A stretch of 64,000 nt of DNA from Gynuella sunshinyii YC6258 (lineage in GTDB: Bacteria > Pseudomonadota > Gammaproteobacteria > Pseudomonadales > Natronospirillaceae), in NCBI RefSeq assembly GCF_000940805.1, contig NZ_CP007142.1, positions 408,593 through 472,592 on the forward strand, written 5' to 3'. The translations under genes were made by a program, and so were the position numbers. Position 1 is the stretch's first letter; the number at the start of each line of letters is the position of its first letter. The notes under the pieces were generated by a model. It was not told the DNA's origin and did not search any database. It was given only the letters and a program-made list of their open reading frames with translations. Of the stretch, positions 20,933-30,951 are shown one piece after another.

Positions 20933-21091
20933 CCTTCTAGCATATGATACGGGCTATGGCAGGCCCGCTTTTTGGGACATGGCGCTATCGTTCTCAAAGG
21001 GATTCTGTACTACACTTCTGCGCTACCCATGAAATCGGGTTTTCATCCCGAATACTCAATGATCGGACTTAAGCTCACATAATGGAGAAGT

Positions 21092-21769
21092 ATGAGTATG
21101 ACCCACACAATTCCCGGAGTGGAATTCATCGACAATGCCAATCAGCGAACCCCTTGTGTACTGGTGCTGGATACATCCAGTTCGATGAGCGGGGAACCTA
21201 TCAAACAACTCAATACCGGTCTTAAGGTCTTTGAAGAACAGCTGAAAAGTGATCCGGTTGCCGCTTTGCGGGTACAGGTACTGGTGATTGCCGTCGGTGG
21301 CCACGAAGATGTCACCATCCTGCAACCCTGGACCGATGCGGTGGATTTTTCCGCTCCAACACTCCAGGCCAGCGGCCTGACGCCACTGGGCCAAGGCATG
21401 GCCAAGGCCATGGATGAAATCGACGCCCAGAAAGCACTGTATGACAGCAATGGCATTTCCAGCACCCGTCCCTGGGTCATTATGATTTCTGACGGTTGCC
21501 CGAACGACTATGGCTGGGAAGAGATTGCTGCTCAGTGTCGCGATGCCGAACGCCAGAAAAAAACCGTTATCTTTCCAATCGGCACCGAAGGCGCTGATTT
21601 TGAAGCACTGGGACAGTTCTCCAACAAGACTCCGAAAAAACTCAAAGGTCTGCATTTCACCGAATTATTCATCTGGCTCAGCCGCAGCATGGCCACCGTT
21701 TCTGCCAGCGTGCCGGGCGAAAAGGTGGCATTACCCGATACCAACAGCTGGTCTGAAATAGAGGTTTAA
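21092..21769 (+). CDS. von Willebrand factor A domain protein (TerY-like)
   Basis: MIDAS motif DTSSSM (DxSxS) near the N-terminus, an alpha/beta Rossmann-like vWA fold, and length 225 aa. Confidence 0.8.
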   Translation: MSMTHTIPGVEFIDNANQRTPCVLVLDTSSSMSGEPIKQLNTGLKVFEEQLKSDPVAALRVQVLVIAVGGHEDVTILQPWTDAVDFSAPTLQASGLTPLGQGMAKAMDEIDAQKALYDSNGISSTRPWVIMISDGCPNDYGWEEIAAQCRDAERQKKTVIFPIGTEGADFEALGQFSNKTPKKLKGLHFTELFIWLSRSMATVSASVPGEKVALPDTNSWSEIEV

Positions 21770-21771
21770 GC

Positions 21772-22509
21772 ATGGGATGGCAGTATGCCGCTGCATCTGT
21801 CACCGGGGCCTCCCATGTACAGCAGCAGCTTCCCTGCCAGGATGCCTGGCAGATTCAGCAGACCGACAGCGGCATCATCGCCTGTGTGGCCGATGGCGCC
21901 GGTTCCGCGGCACGCTCAGAGATTGGGTCGAGAACCTTAGTGGATCACCTGTGTCAGACGCTGGCTCCACAACTGGATCAGCTAATCAGCCATACCGATG
22001 GCGCTCAGATGCTTGTCGATGCCATTGACGAAGTCCGCCAGGAACTTAGCGAACTGGGCCCAATCGCCGAATTCCATGCCACCTTATGCGGCCTGATAGC
22101 AACCGCTCATGGCCAAATGGTATTTCATATCGGCGATGGCGTCGTTCTGGGTATCAACCCCGGCGACTGGCAGGACTACGTGATCAGCGAGCCGGAAAAT
22201 GGCGAATATGCGGATATGACCTATTTTTTTACCCTGCCGGGTTGGCAACAACACCTGCGCATCTGGTGCCCGCATAAACCCTACCCCTTATGGTTCCTGA
22301 TGTCAGACGGAGTCAGCGGCTTTGCCACGACGGGTACTCAGACAGCAGGACCTCAGGAGAGCTTTCTCAAACCGGTACACCAGTACCTGTCGACCGTTTC
22401 CAGCGATCAGGGCAGCGAGGCGCTGAACGGTACACTTCAGGATAAACGGGCTGCAGCCATCAGTCACGACGATAAAACCCTGGCCTGGCTCTATATGAAC
22501 CGGAATTAA
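21772..22509 (+). CDS. PP2C-family Ser/Thr protein phosphatase (PP2C_2 type)
   Basis: CVADGAGSAARSEIGS signature of bacterial PP2C-like phosphatases. Only 2 nt separate it from the vWA gene. Confidence 0.75.
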   Translation: MGWQYAAASVTGASHVQQQLPCQDAWQIQQTDSGIIACVADGAGSAARSEIGSRTLVDHLCQTLAPQLDQLISHTDGAQMLVDAIDEVRQELSELGPIAEFHATLCGLIATAHGQMVFHIGDGVVLGINPGDWQDYVISEPENGEYADMTYFFTLPGWQQHLRIWCPHKPYPLWFLMSDGVSGFATTGTQTAGPQESFLKPVHQYLSTVSSDQGSEALNGTLQDKRAAAISHDDKTLAWLYMNRN

Positions 22510-22535
22510 TCAGCGTATTTCAACACAGCGGCAGT

Positions 22536-25310
22536 ATGTCCAACACTCTCTATTGTCATTACCCCGATGGCCGGAAGGAAACCATCCGCCACCCTGCCAA
22601 GCCCCTTAATCAGGGCGCTGACGGCGCTATCTTTGCCAGTACTGACCGACGTTATGCGCTCAAGATCTATCACCACCCGGATAAAGATCCCCGACGTGAA
22701 CACAAACTGTGGCAGATGATCGAACACACGCCACCGGCACAGCAAGGTGTTACTTTTGCCTGGCCGCTGGCCATACTCAAAACACATCGGGGTAAATTTG
22801 TCGGCTATCTGATGCCGTTGCTGAACTTCAAACATGAGGTTCAGCTGGAACAGTTGCTTTCGGCCCGGGCTCGTCAGCAGTCCAAACTGCCGGAAAGCTA
22901 CCTGTTTCGACTGAATGCCGCCATTGAACTGGTTCGCTGTGTCGAGGCGCTCCATCGCAGTGGTCATGCCATCATCGATTTCAAACCGGTGAATGTCATG
23001 GTCAACCGTCGGACTGCCGCCATTTCAATCGTCGACTGTGATGGCTTCTTCATTCGTGGTTCACATGATCAGTTTCCCGGTCACCAGTACACCGCCGGGT
23101 ATATTGCACCGGAAGCCCATAACAACAAACTGCCGCCCGATCAACTGGATCAGGCCCAGGACCTGTTTGCTCTGGCCGTTATTGTTTTCCAACTGCTCAA
23201 TAATGGAATTCACCCGTTCCAGGGCGTTCCCAAGCCCGGAACCAAACTGCCCACGGATAACCAGGCCCGCATCAGTGCAGCGCTATATCCCTACGGTGAA
23301 CAACCGCACCCCCGGATAGGTCCATCCCCCTGGAGTCTTCATCGCCACTTTCCTGTCAACCTGCGGGGGGCATTGGAATCATCGCTGATTGGCCCCAAAA
23401 GACATTCGGCGCAGCAATGGCTGCAACTGCTGGAGACCTTGCGCGAACACATCAGTCAGTGTCAAAAAACAGCGGATCACTACTACTGGGGAGAAGAATG
23501 CCCCCATTGCCGCCAAAGCGCCGGACAAACACAACAGTTGGCAGCAACGGCCAAAGCAGCCGCCCAACGAAAACCCCGCAAGCCGACCATCAAAACCCGG
23601 CCGACCAGACACACCGCGGCTCAACCGACCCCTCCGCCAGCACCAACCGCCACGATATCTACCGGTTTTGCCTGGTTCATGATAGTCGCCGTCATACTGG
23701 TGGGTATCATTTTCTTTAACAACGATCACTCTGATGACAGCCGCTACCCAAGTCCGGATGACACCGCCGATGAGGTATTTAAAGACTCCTATTCCGAAAT
23801 GCTGATTCCCGCTTCGGATCTTAACTTTCTCATCCTTGATCCCGCTAAAACGACCACCGAGACGGTCGCTTATACGGACGATGTTGTACGCATGACCTAT
23901 GACGACGGACAACCGGACTCAATATTTTACCAGTTGCCGGAATTCAGCAGCGCCAGTGCAATACCCTACCTCAAGCGCAAGGCAATCAGCCTGAATACCA
24001 CCACCACAATGATCAGCGGCGCTTATGATATTGGTATCCGTGACTTCAACGATCACAACCGGATGCTTGGACAGAATAACAACCCGAAAAACAACATTCT
24101 CATGCTATCGGACTGGCAATATGACGAAGCCACCGCAACGTCTTACACGTATTTGTGTATCCGCCATAACGATGGCAGCGGTATTGGAGGGGCTTTGCCG
24201 ATATGCCAGCACGTGTTACAGAGCAAAACCAACGGATCAGCACGATTTGAATTTACAGAACAGCCGGACACAGATACCTCCACCGCCGCGCAGGCTGGTG
24301 GCTGGCGTTATGACCTGAGCAACAATGGTCGTTACCTGGCCATGGCCAGCAATCGAACGCTGATCGTCTACAAAACCAACAACCCCAAACAGCCACTGGT
24401 TCAGCAATTGTTGCCGGCAGATCAGCTGCAACAATCCATCAACCGCATCATCATCGATGACAGCGGTGAACAAATCTATCTGGCCCTGACAGCACCCGCC
24501 AAACCGAATGAAGCTTTTTCCGGTACCGTCCTGGAACTGCAAAAAACCGGACAGGAGTACCAGATCAGCACCGACTTCTCGACCCTGACAGACCCCAACA
24601 CCCTGTCAGGCATTGACGTTGCCATCAATGCCGATGGCACCATCATGGCCATTGGCGAATACACGGATTCGTATCTGAACACCACCGACTATACCTCTCT
24701 GGGAAGTCCTGTCGATGTCCTGGAAGGCTTTGCCAGAATCAGCCTGTGGCAACGAACCTCTGAAGGCTGGCAGCAGATCTCCACGGTCCACGAACTGAAA
24801 TCCGCGAACGTTACCATCAACGGGGAAGCGTTTTACACCGACAAACCACCCAGAGAACTGATCACCGTTCCGCAGACTATCAGTGCCTACTATTTCAGAG
24901 CATCCTGGTTTGGGGGAGGACAAGGAAGCATTCAATCCCATGCCGCCTTCAATCGTCATTTTCAGCTGAGCCGTGATGGCAAAATACTGATGTCAGGACT
25001 GACTCTAAATGGGCAGAACAACCGCCAGAACAGCACCATGACCGTCAGCACCCATCTCTACGGGATCACCGGATCTGACGTCGCGCTCGCCGCCATTGCG
25101 AAACTTGCAGTCTCCCGGCAGTACGATCAAAACTACCTGCTGGTCGATGCCCGCATGTCGAAAGACGCTGCCACGATCATTTTCAATACCACCACCAATG
25201 TCAGATCTGTCTCCCGGCAAATTCAACAAACCACGCGGTTTGATTTATTTGACTTAAATTCCCTGAGCCAACCGGAATCTGTTACCACTGACGGAGGATC
25301 AACGTATTAA
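22536..25310 (+). CDS. Ser/Thr protein kinase with a zinc-ribbon-like motif, a proline-rich linker, one TM helix and a roughly 540-aa extracytoplasmic C-terminal domain
   Basis: Kinase motifs: RYALKIY (VAIK-like), IIDFKPVNVMV (catalytic loop) and GYIAPEA (APE). Then CPHCRQ, a proline-rich PTPPPAPTA linker, the TM helix FAWFMIVAVILVGIIFF, and a long Ser/Thr/Asn-rich domain. Confidence 0.8.
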   Translation: MSNTLYCHYPDGRKETIRHPAKPLNQGADGAIFASTDRRYALKIYHHPDKDPRREHKLWQMIEHTPPAQQGVTFAWPLAILKTHRGKFVGYLMPLLNFKHEVQLEQLLSARARQQSKLPESYLFRLNAAIELVRCVEALHRSGHAIIDFKPVNVMVNRRTAAISIVDCDGFFIRGSHDQFPGHQYTAGYIAPEAHNNKLPPDQLDQAQDLFALAVIVFQLLNNGIHPFQGVPKPGTKLPTDNQARISAALYPYGEQPHPRIGPSPWSLHRHFPVNLRGALESSLIGPKRHSAQQWLQLLETLREHISQCQKTADHYYWGEECPHCRQSAGQTQQLAATAKAAAQRKPRKPTIKTRPTRHTAAQPTPPPAPTATISTGFAWFMIVAVILVGIIFFNNDHSDDSRYPSPDDTADEVFKDSYSEMLIPASDLNFLILDPAKTTTETVAYTDDVVRMTYDDGQPDSIFYQLPEFSSASAIPYLKRKAISLNTTTTMISGAYDIGIRDFNDHNRMLGQNNNPKNNILMLSDWQYDEATATSYTYLCIRHNDGSGIGGALPICQHVLQSKTNGSARFEFTEQPDTDTSTAAQAGGWRYDLSNNGRYLAMASNRTLIVYKTNNPKQPLVQQLLPADQLQQSINRIIIDDSGEQIYLALTAPAKPNEAFSGTVLELQKTGQEYQISTDFSTLTDPNTLSGIDVAINADGTIMAIGEYTDSYLNTTDYTSLGSPVDVLEGFARISLWQRTSEGWQQISTVHELKSANVTINGEAFYTDKPPRELITVPQTISAYYFRASWFGGGQGSIQSHAAFNRHFQLSRDGKILMSGLTLNGQNNRQNSTMTVSTHLYGITGSDVALAAIAKLAVSRQYDQNYLLVDARMSKDAATIIFNTTTNVRSVSRQIQQTTRFDLFDLNSLSQPESVTTDGGSTY

Positions 25311-25409
25311 TTGGACGATAGGCATGCCCCAATTAAGAGTCGGACGATCAGGCGACCAAAGGTTGCCTATTTGAAGTATTAAAGCAGTTGAAAACTGATA
25401 TCAATCACC

Positions 25410-25446
25410 TTGCCGTTCAATTTCTCATTTCGAAATTGAACGGCAA
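25410..25446. terminator. Perfect 15-bp inverted repeat (TTGCCGTTCAATTTC / GAAATTGAACGGCAA) between the convergent kinase and rtcA genes
   Basis: Sits between two convergent genes. It is a strong hairpin without a clear U-tract on either side. Confidence 0.5.
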
Positions 25447-25452
25447 ATTATC

Positions 25453-26451
25453 CTATAACCGTAGTATATGGTCCTGAAAACTCATTTCCCTGCCGGTCAC
25501 ACGGGCGATAATCTGACGATTGGTCTCGCCATGATCCGACAAACCATCGCAACGAAACTCACCACCACCGGCCACCAGCATCGGCAGCATGATCTGATCC
25601 GCCAGATACTCATCCAGCACGGCATCACTTTGCAGATAACGGTTCACCTGCTTCAGCAGATTGCCGGCAACTTTTTCGGCACTGAGACGTGGTCGCCCTA
25701 ATTCGGTCAGGCAAATACGCGTCTTCTCAAAATGCAGATCAACAGCCAACAGGTTACCCGGCGAACTGCTTTTGGGTTGCCGGATCCGGGTTTCAGTGAC
25801 CGCCATCGGAGCACTGCGACAAAATACCTGTAGCTCACGTTCAGCGACCTGATTGCTCAGGCCGACTTCATAGGCACTGAGGCGACAGTTCAGCAGTTCA
25901 CCGCGCTGCAACCGGCTGATCGGTGACAGCACTGACGGTTTGATCGTTGCCTGCCAGCAACCTCCACCAGCCGGCATGAATCCCCAACGTTGAACATCCA
26001 GCTCAATCTGTGCGCCCATTTCCCGCAATAACGGCAAAAATGAACGCTTCAGATAGGTCAGGGGCGGCGCCATCGGGTTATGAGTGCCACCACGAAACTG
26101 CACCGTTGACGCGCCTTTGGCCTGCAGTAACGGCAGCGCGATGGTCTGGAATACCAGCGTGGTGCTGCCGGCACTGCCGACATCAAAATGGTAATCGCCG
26201 GATGTCACCGCGCCCGGCACGAAACGCAGTCGCGTTGACCCCAGTTCAGCCCCCTCAACCCAGGCACCACTGATAGTCTGAGCCGCCAGCACACAGGTCA
26301 GGTGCTGACGCATCAATCCCGGCTTGGGCCGGCCGCCACGAATGTGATGAATCTCAATCCCTTTGCCGGTCAGCATCGCCAGGGTCAGCGCCGAACGCAA
26401 AATCTGGCCGCCACCTTCACCCTGGCGACCATCCAGTTCAATCATGTCCAC
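25453..26451 (-). CDS. rtcA: RNA 3'-terminal phosphate cyclase
   Basis: LDGRQGEGGGQILRSALTLAML...GGRPKPGLMRQHL is closely similar to E. coli RtcA. Confidence 0.9.
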   Translation of the reverse strand: MDMIELDGRQGEGGGQILRSALTLAMLTGKGIEIHHIRGGRPKPGLMRQHLTCVLAAQTISGAWVEGAELGSTRLRFVPGAVTSGDYHFDVGSAGSTTLVFQTIALPLLQAKGASTVQFRGGTHNPMAPPLTYLKRSFLPLLREMGAQIELDVQRWGFMPAGGGCWQATIKPSVLSPISRLQRGELLNCRLSAYEVGLSNQVAERELQVFCRSAPMAVTETRIRQPKSSSPGNLLAVDLHFEKTRICLTELGRPRLSAEKVAGNLLKQVNRYLQSDAVLDEYLADQIMLPMLVAGGGEFRCDGLSDHGETNRQIIARVTGREMSFQDHILRL

Positions 26452-26458
26452 TACACAG

Positions 26459-27676
26459 TTATCCTTTTACACATACCACTTGTCTCAGGGTATGAACCAC
26501 TTCCACCAGGTCAGACTGAGCCGCCATAACCGCATCAATATTTTTATAAGCGCTGGGGGTCTCATCCACCACCGCCGCATCTTTTCGGCATTCCACATGG
26601 GCCGTCGCCAATGCATGCTCTTCAACACTCACCACTTTCTTGGCCTGGGTACGAGACATCACCCGTCCGGCTCCATGGCTACAACTGCAGAAGCTTTCCG
26701 CATTACCCTTACCCCGGACGATAAATGAGCGCGCACCCATGCTACCGGGAATAATTCCCAATTGACCTTCACGGGCGCTCACAGCACCTTTACGGGTCAA
26801 CCAGACATTTTTGTCGTAGTGGTGCTCTTTCTGCACGTAGTTATGGTGACAATTGACTGCCTCGCGCTCGACGATAACCGGTTTGTTCAGGGTAACCGCC
26901 AGCGCTTTCAAAGCCCGTCCCATCATCACCTGACGATTAATACGGGCAAAATCCTGAGCCCAGTCGACCGCTTCAACATAGTCGTTGAAATAGTCTGTTC
27001 CTTCGACCAGATACGACAAATCCCGGTCAGGCAACTGAATGAAGAAACGTTCCATTTCCTGTTTAGCCAGGCGGATAAAGTGTTCACCGATCCGGTTACC
27101 CACACCGCGGGAGCCGGAATGCAGCATGATCCAGACATCATCCTGTTCATCCAGACACACTTCAATAAAGTGATTGCCGGTACCCAACGTTCCCAGGTGT
27201 TTTACATTATTAGTGTTTTTTAATACGGGATGCTTATCGCACAACACCGTAAAACGATCAGCCAGCTGCTGTTGCCAGAATTGACCGACATCCTCCGGAA
27301 TATCATGCCAGGCACCCGGATCACGTTTTCGGGCTTTTCCTCCACCATGGGGAATGGCACGCTCCAGATTGCTACGCAGTTCTTTCAATGAGTCCGGCAA
27401 CTGATCGGCCCGGACATCGGTTTTGACGGCCATCATGCCACAGCCGATATCCACACCCACCGCTGCGGGAATGATGGCACCGGTGGTTGGAATCACCGAG
27501 CCGATAGTCGCTCCCTTACCAAAATGCACATCCGGCATTGCGGCCACCCATTTATGGATGAACGGTAGCGAGGCGAGGTTTTTCAATTGTTGCCGGGCTC
27601 CGTCCTCAAAAGGTACGCCGACGGTCCAGCTTTTTACCGGAACCCCTTTTTCCACGTTGATCACTTCAATGGCCAT
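26459..27676 (-). CDS. rtcB: RtcB RNA ligase (3'-phosphate/5'-OH RNA-splicing ligase)
   Basis: Length 405 aa. Metal-binding and GMP-histidine region motifs MLHSGSRGVGN and NCHHNY are present. Lies immediately upstream of rtcA. Confidence 0.9.
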   Translation of the reverse strand: MAIEVINVEKGVPVKSWTVGVPFEDGARQQLKNLASLPFIHKWVAAMPDVHFGKGATIGSVIPTTGAIIPAAVGVDIGCGMMAVKTDVRADQLPDSLKELRSNLERAIPHGGGKARKRDPGAWHDIPEDVGQFWQQQLADRFTVLCDKHPVLKNTNNVKHLGTLGTGNHFIEVCLDEQDDVWIMLHSGSRGVGNRIGEHFIRLAKQEMERFFIQLPDRDLSYLVEGTDYFNDYVEAVDWAQDFARINRQVMMGRALKALAVTLNKPVIVEREAVNCHHNYVQKEHHYDKNVWLTRKGAVSAREGQLGIIPGSMGARSFIVRGKGNAESFCSCSHGAGRVMSRTQAKKVVSVEEHALATAHVECRKDAAVVDETPSAYKNIDAVMAAQSDLVEVVHTLRQVVCVKG

Positions 27677-28015
27677 GATTTACTCCTTTTATTAAACCTG
27701 AAACTGTCATTCCGATACGGGTGACAGATTATCTAAACCGACACATTCAACGATGTAACAGGGTATTAACAAGAACAATGCCAAGAACCAAAATAAATAT
27801 AACTATTTGATAAATAAGACATTTTTATTTTTAACTCAATCACGATCAGCCAAAATTTATCGATATCGATCAACTATGATCATTTTCGAGTGGCAACAAG
27901 CCCAATGACATCACGCCCAAAGCCGTGATTACCTGCCCAAAGACTTTGTTTCGCCACAACCACCCCCACATTAAGGGACGACCCAGGCGTATCCTCTATC
28001 CAAGGAAACAACGTA

Positions 28016-28471
28016 ATGCATGAAACCCGCACAAATATTCAGCCCTTCTCAGACAGTCAGTGGCGCACTCTCAGCCTGAGCCCGGTGATTATATTTTTAC
28101 TGGTCGCCGCCGCCGACGGACATATCGATAACCGGGAAAAGCAGCAGTTTGTGGAATTACTGAAAGAGACAGAGAAGCGCCGTTCAGACAGATTGAAAAC
28201 ACTGCTTCAGGACGTGGCCCGGCAACTGACCGATTTATTGATGGTCGTGGCCAGCGAAACATTGGATATGATTGACGTGATAACGGAAACCGTCGATCTG
28301 GTGGAACAGCATCTTGAGCCCGAAGAAGCCCTGCTCTTCAAGCAGGACCTGCTCGACTTTGCCACTGAAATTGCCCGCAGCTCAGGCGGCCTGACCAGCG
28401 GCACAATTGATCGTCACGAGCAGCAGACGCTGGACCAAATCAGTCACTATCTGCGGCTCAATCTGTCCTGA
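28016..28471 (+). CDS. TerB-like (tellurite-resistance TerB / DjlA N-terminal-like) domain protein
   Basis: Helical protein of 151 aa with the VAAADGHIDNREKQQFVELL motif that resembles the TerB family. Assignment made by eye only. Confidence 0.4.
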   Translation: MHETRTNIQPFSDSQWRTLSLSPVIIFLLVAAADGHIDNREKQQFVELLKETEKRRSDRLKTLLQDVARQLTDLLMVVASETLDMIDVITETVDLVEQHLEPEEALLFKQDLLDFATEIARSSGGLTSGTIDRHEQQTLDQISHYLRLNLS

Positions 28472-28497
28472 CGATCAGCCATGGAGCGCGACGATGA

Positions 28498-29139
28498 TCA
28501 GTCGCGCAATCCCCATTCGGTTTCGACATCCTCCAGATCGCCCACATACGACAAGTCCACGCATTCCAGACTGAACATGTAGCGCACGTCTTCGATCAAC
28601 TCGCGGGCATCCAGATCCAACAAATGCCCCATCACCATGCCATTGAGCTCATAGTAGCGGGGATACGGTTTACGCATGTACTGGCGAAACATCTCCAGCA
28701 CTTCGCTTCTATGAGAAGGAAATGCCATGGCTATTTCCGCCAGCGAGTTCATCGAAATCGCATAAGCAAACTGATCCTCACCCTCCCGTTGCAGATACTC
28801 AGACAAAGGATTGATGGCTGCCGGTCCGATCAATGCCATTACCTTGTCCAGTTCAGTGATGGCAAAATCATCGCCACTGAAGCGGTCAAAGTTGTTGATC
28901 AGACTGTCTATCGCAGTCTCGGCCCGAAGTTGTCCCAGGGTCCGCCAGGCATGTACCGGTGCCCAGGTGGCAGGATCTTTGGGCTCAAGAGTATCGAAAT
29001 GTTCATCGCATACGACTGCGATCAGATCGGCAATATCAGACTCATCAAACCCATACTGCTCGGGGTATTGGGGCCATGGTGTTGAAATATGAGCTTCTCC
29101 CAGCTCGATCAGAGCCTGGATTTTTGGATTAGAGTGCAT
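28498..29139 (-). CDS. Conserved hypothetical acidic helical protein (possibly DUF1186-like)
   Basis: Clean ORF of 213 aa. No motif I can assign confidently. Confidence 0.45.
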   Translation of the reverse strand: MHSNPKIQALIELGEAHISTPWPQYPEQYGFDESDIADLIAVVCDEHFDTLEPKDPATWAPVHAWRTLGQLRAETAIDSLINNFDRFSGDDFAITELDKVMALIGPAAINPLSEYLQREGEDQFAYAISMNSLAEIAMAFPSHRSEVLEMFRQYMRKPYPRYYELNGMVMGHLLDLDARELIEDVRYMFSLECVDLSYVGDLEDVETEWGLRD

Positions 29140-29219
29140 AGTTAAGGTGTTACCTGAAATAAACCAATGGGACGAACAACAGTATGTAGGGCAATATGTA
29201 ACACGTCACAGAAATGGTT

Positions 29220-30806
29220 TCACTGCACCCGTTCAAACTTTAGATCAAACTTGGCCAGATACTGTCGCAATCGATGCGAGTCATTGGCAGAACTTTTCTT
29301 TAATCGCGAACGATTGAACAGTTTACGACCCGCCTGAGAAATATTCTGACTGTCCCGACACACCGCCACCACATGACGGAGTTGCTGCTGGTCGAACAGA
29401 TCCATATCAGCCAGTTGTTCCGGCTCCAGGATTTCTTCCAGTGCCGGTAACGAGTCATTCACCTCTGCCGGTTTCCACCAGGTCAGCAAGCGCTCACACT
29501 CCTGTTGAACCAGAGCTTCATTGATACGTCCGCCATCCGAGAGGATACTCATACGCTGAATACAGGCATTGAGATCACGAAAATTACCTGACCACAAAGC
29601 CTCAGGACTGGTGGCAAAATCGAGAAATCGCTGCCGCGCGGTCTTGTTGAAACTGACTTTGTAACCCATCTGGCTTTCCGCCTGCTGCAACTCATAATCA
29701 AGATTGGGTTCAATATCTTCACGTCGATGCCGCAAACCGGGCAATTCGTAACTCCAGAGATTGATTCGCGCCAGCAGATCCTCCCGAAAACGGCCTTCCG
29801 CCACCTGCTGTTGAAGATCCCGATTGGTGCCGGCAATCAGCTGAAAATCGCTGCTGACGGGACCATCCGCACCCACCGGATAAAACGTCTTTTCTTCAAT
29901 GGCATGCAGCAACATGGCCTGTTCATCCAATCCCAGTTCACCAATTTCATCCAGAAACAACAAACCCTGATCAGCTTTGTTCAACAAACCTTTGCGGGCA
30001 TTCTGAGCGCCGGTGAACGCTCCTTTCTTATGACCAAACAATGCCGACATGGCACTGTCACCGCGCAAAGTGGCACAGTTCACCGCCACCAGCTCCCCCT
30101 GGATCGAGCCACGCATTTTTTTGAGCTCATAAATCCGGCTGGCCAGCTGTGATTTGCCCGCACCGGTCGGCCCGGTAATCAATATCGGCGCCACCGAACG
30201 GATTGCTACCTGCTCAATCTGCTGAATCATGGCATTGAACTGGCGATTGCGGGTGGCAATGCCAGATTTCAGAAACTCAGTGCCTTCCAGTTGCCGACGC
30301 TTGAAACGGGAACTGATGGCATCGTATTTGGAGAGATCCAGATCGATGAGATGGCACTGACCTGACACTCCATTATCGCCACGCCCAGGCGAGGTTTGCA
30401 GCAACACGGCCGGAACATAGTTGGCTTCGCACAACAGAAACCAGCAGATCTGCGCCACATGGGTACCGGTGGTGATGTGCAGCAGGTAGCGCTCCTGATC
30501 CGGCTTGAACGGATAATGCTCCACGAAGTCCAGCAGGGTGCTATAGACCTGCTCAAAATCCCATGGATTCTCAAACCGCAGCTCATGCAGCTGCACTTCG
30601 GTGTCGGGCGAGACCGTCTGCACGTCCGCGCCGACATTATTGGCCAGCCGATGGTCACGCGCATCGTGAATCAGCTCCAGACGATCCACCAGCAGATCCT
30701 CCTGCATGAAGATACCGACCGTCGGCCGCCATTTATTCCAGCGCTTGACCCCTTTACCGCGGGCATCCAGTACGGTGCCCAGCAAACCAATCACAACCGT
30801 TTTCAT
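29220..30806 (-). CDS. rtcR: RtcR, sigma54-dependent transcriptional activator with an N-terminal CARF-like sensor domain
   Basis: N-terminus MKTVVIGLLGTVLDARGKGVKRWNKWRPT parallels E. coli RtcR. AAA+ sigma54-interaction domain (GPTGAGKS, GAFTGA) and a C-terminal HTH. Start placed at the Met aligned to the E. coli RtcR start. Confidence 0.85.
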   Translation of the reverse strand: MKTVVIGLLGTVLDARGKGVKRWNKWRPTVGIFMQEDLLVDRLELIHDARDHRLANNVGADVQTVSPDTEVQLHELRFENPWDFEQVYSTLLDFVEHYPFKPDQERYLLHITTGTHVAQICWFLLCEANYVPAVLLQTSPGRGDNGVSGQCHLIDLDLSKYDAISSRFKRRQLEGTEFLKSGIATRNRQFNAMIQQIEQVAIRSVAPILITGPTGAGKSQLASRIYELKKMRGSIQGELVAVNCATLRGDSAMSALFGHKKGAFTGAQNARKGLLNKADQGLLFLDEIGELGLDEQAMLLHAIEEKTFYPVGADGPVSSDFQLIAGTNRDLQQQVAEGRFREDLLARINLWSYELPGLRHRREDIEPNLDYELQQAESQMGYKVSFNKTARQRFLDFATSPEALWSGNFRDLNACIQRMSILSDGGRINEALVQQECERLLTWWKPAEVNDSLPALEEILEPEQLADMDLFDQQQLRHVVAVCRDSQNISQAGRKLFNRSRLKKSSANDSHRLRQYLAKFDLKFERVQ

Positions 30807-30951
30807 ATGATCTATTTCGATAAATGACGATAAATTTCGATCAGTATTCCTAAAGACCGGGTCGGGGTCAATGCTGTACATTTATGCAAGAAATATAAAA
30901 AATATTTTAAAAACAATGAGTTATAAATTTTTTTAATACATCAGAACAAGC

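Noticed and set aside
20933-21091. Possible mobile-element boundary between the sugar locus and the vWA gene
   Set aside because: No inverted repeats, integrase, transposase or tRNA were detected. It is an ordinary 160-bp intergenic region.
27677-28015. A confident sigma54 promoter for rtcBA
   Set aside because: Only weak candidates were found on the minus strand (for example TGGCAT-N5-TTGT around 27771-27786), with no clean TGGCAC-N5-TTGC. It is noted in a finding rather than called as a feature.
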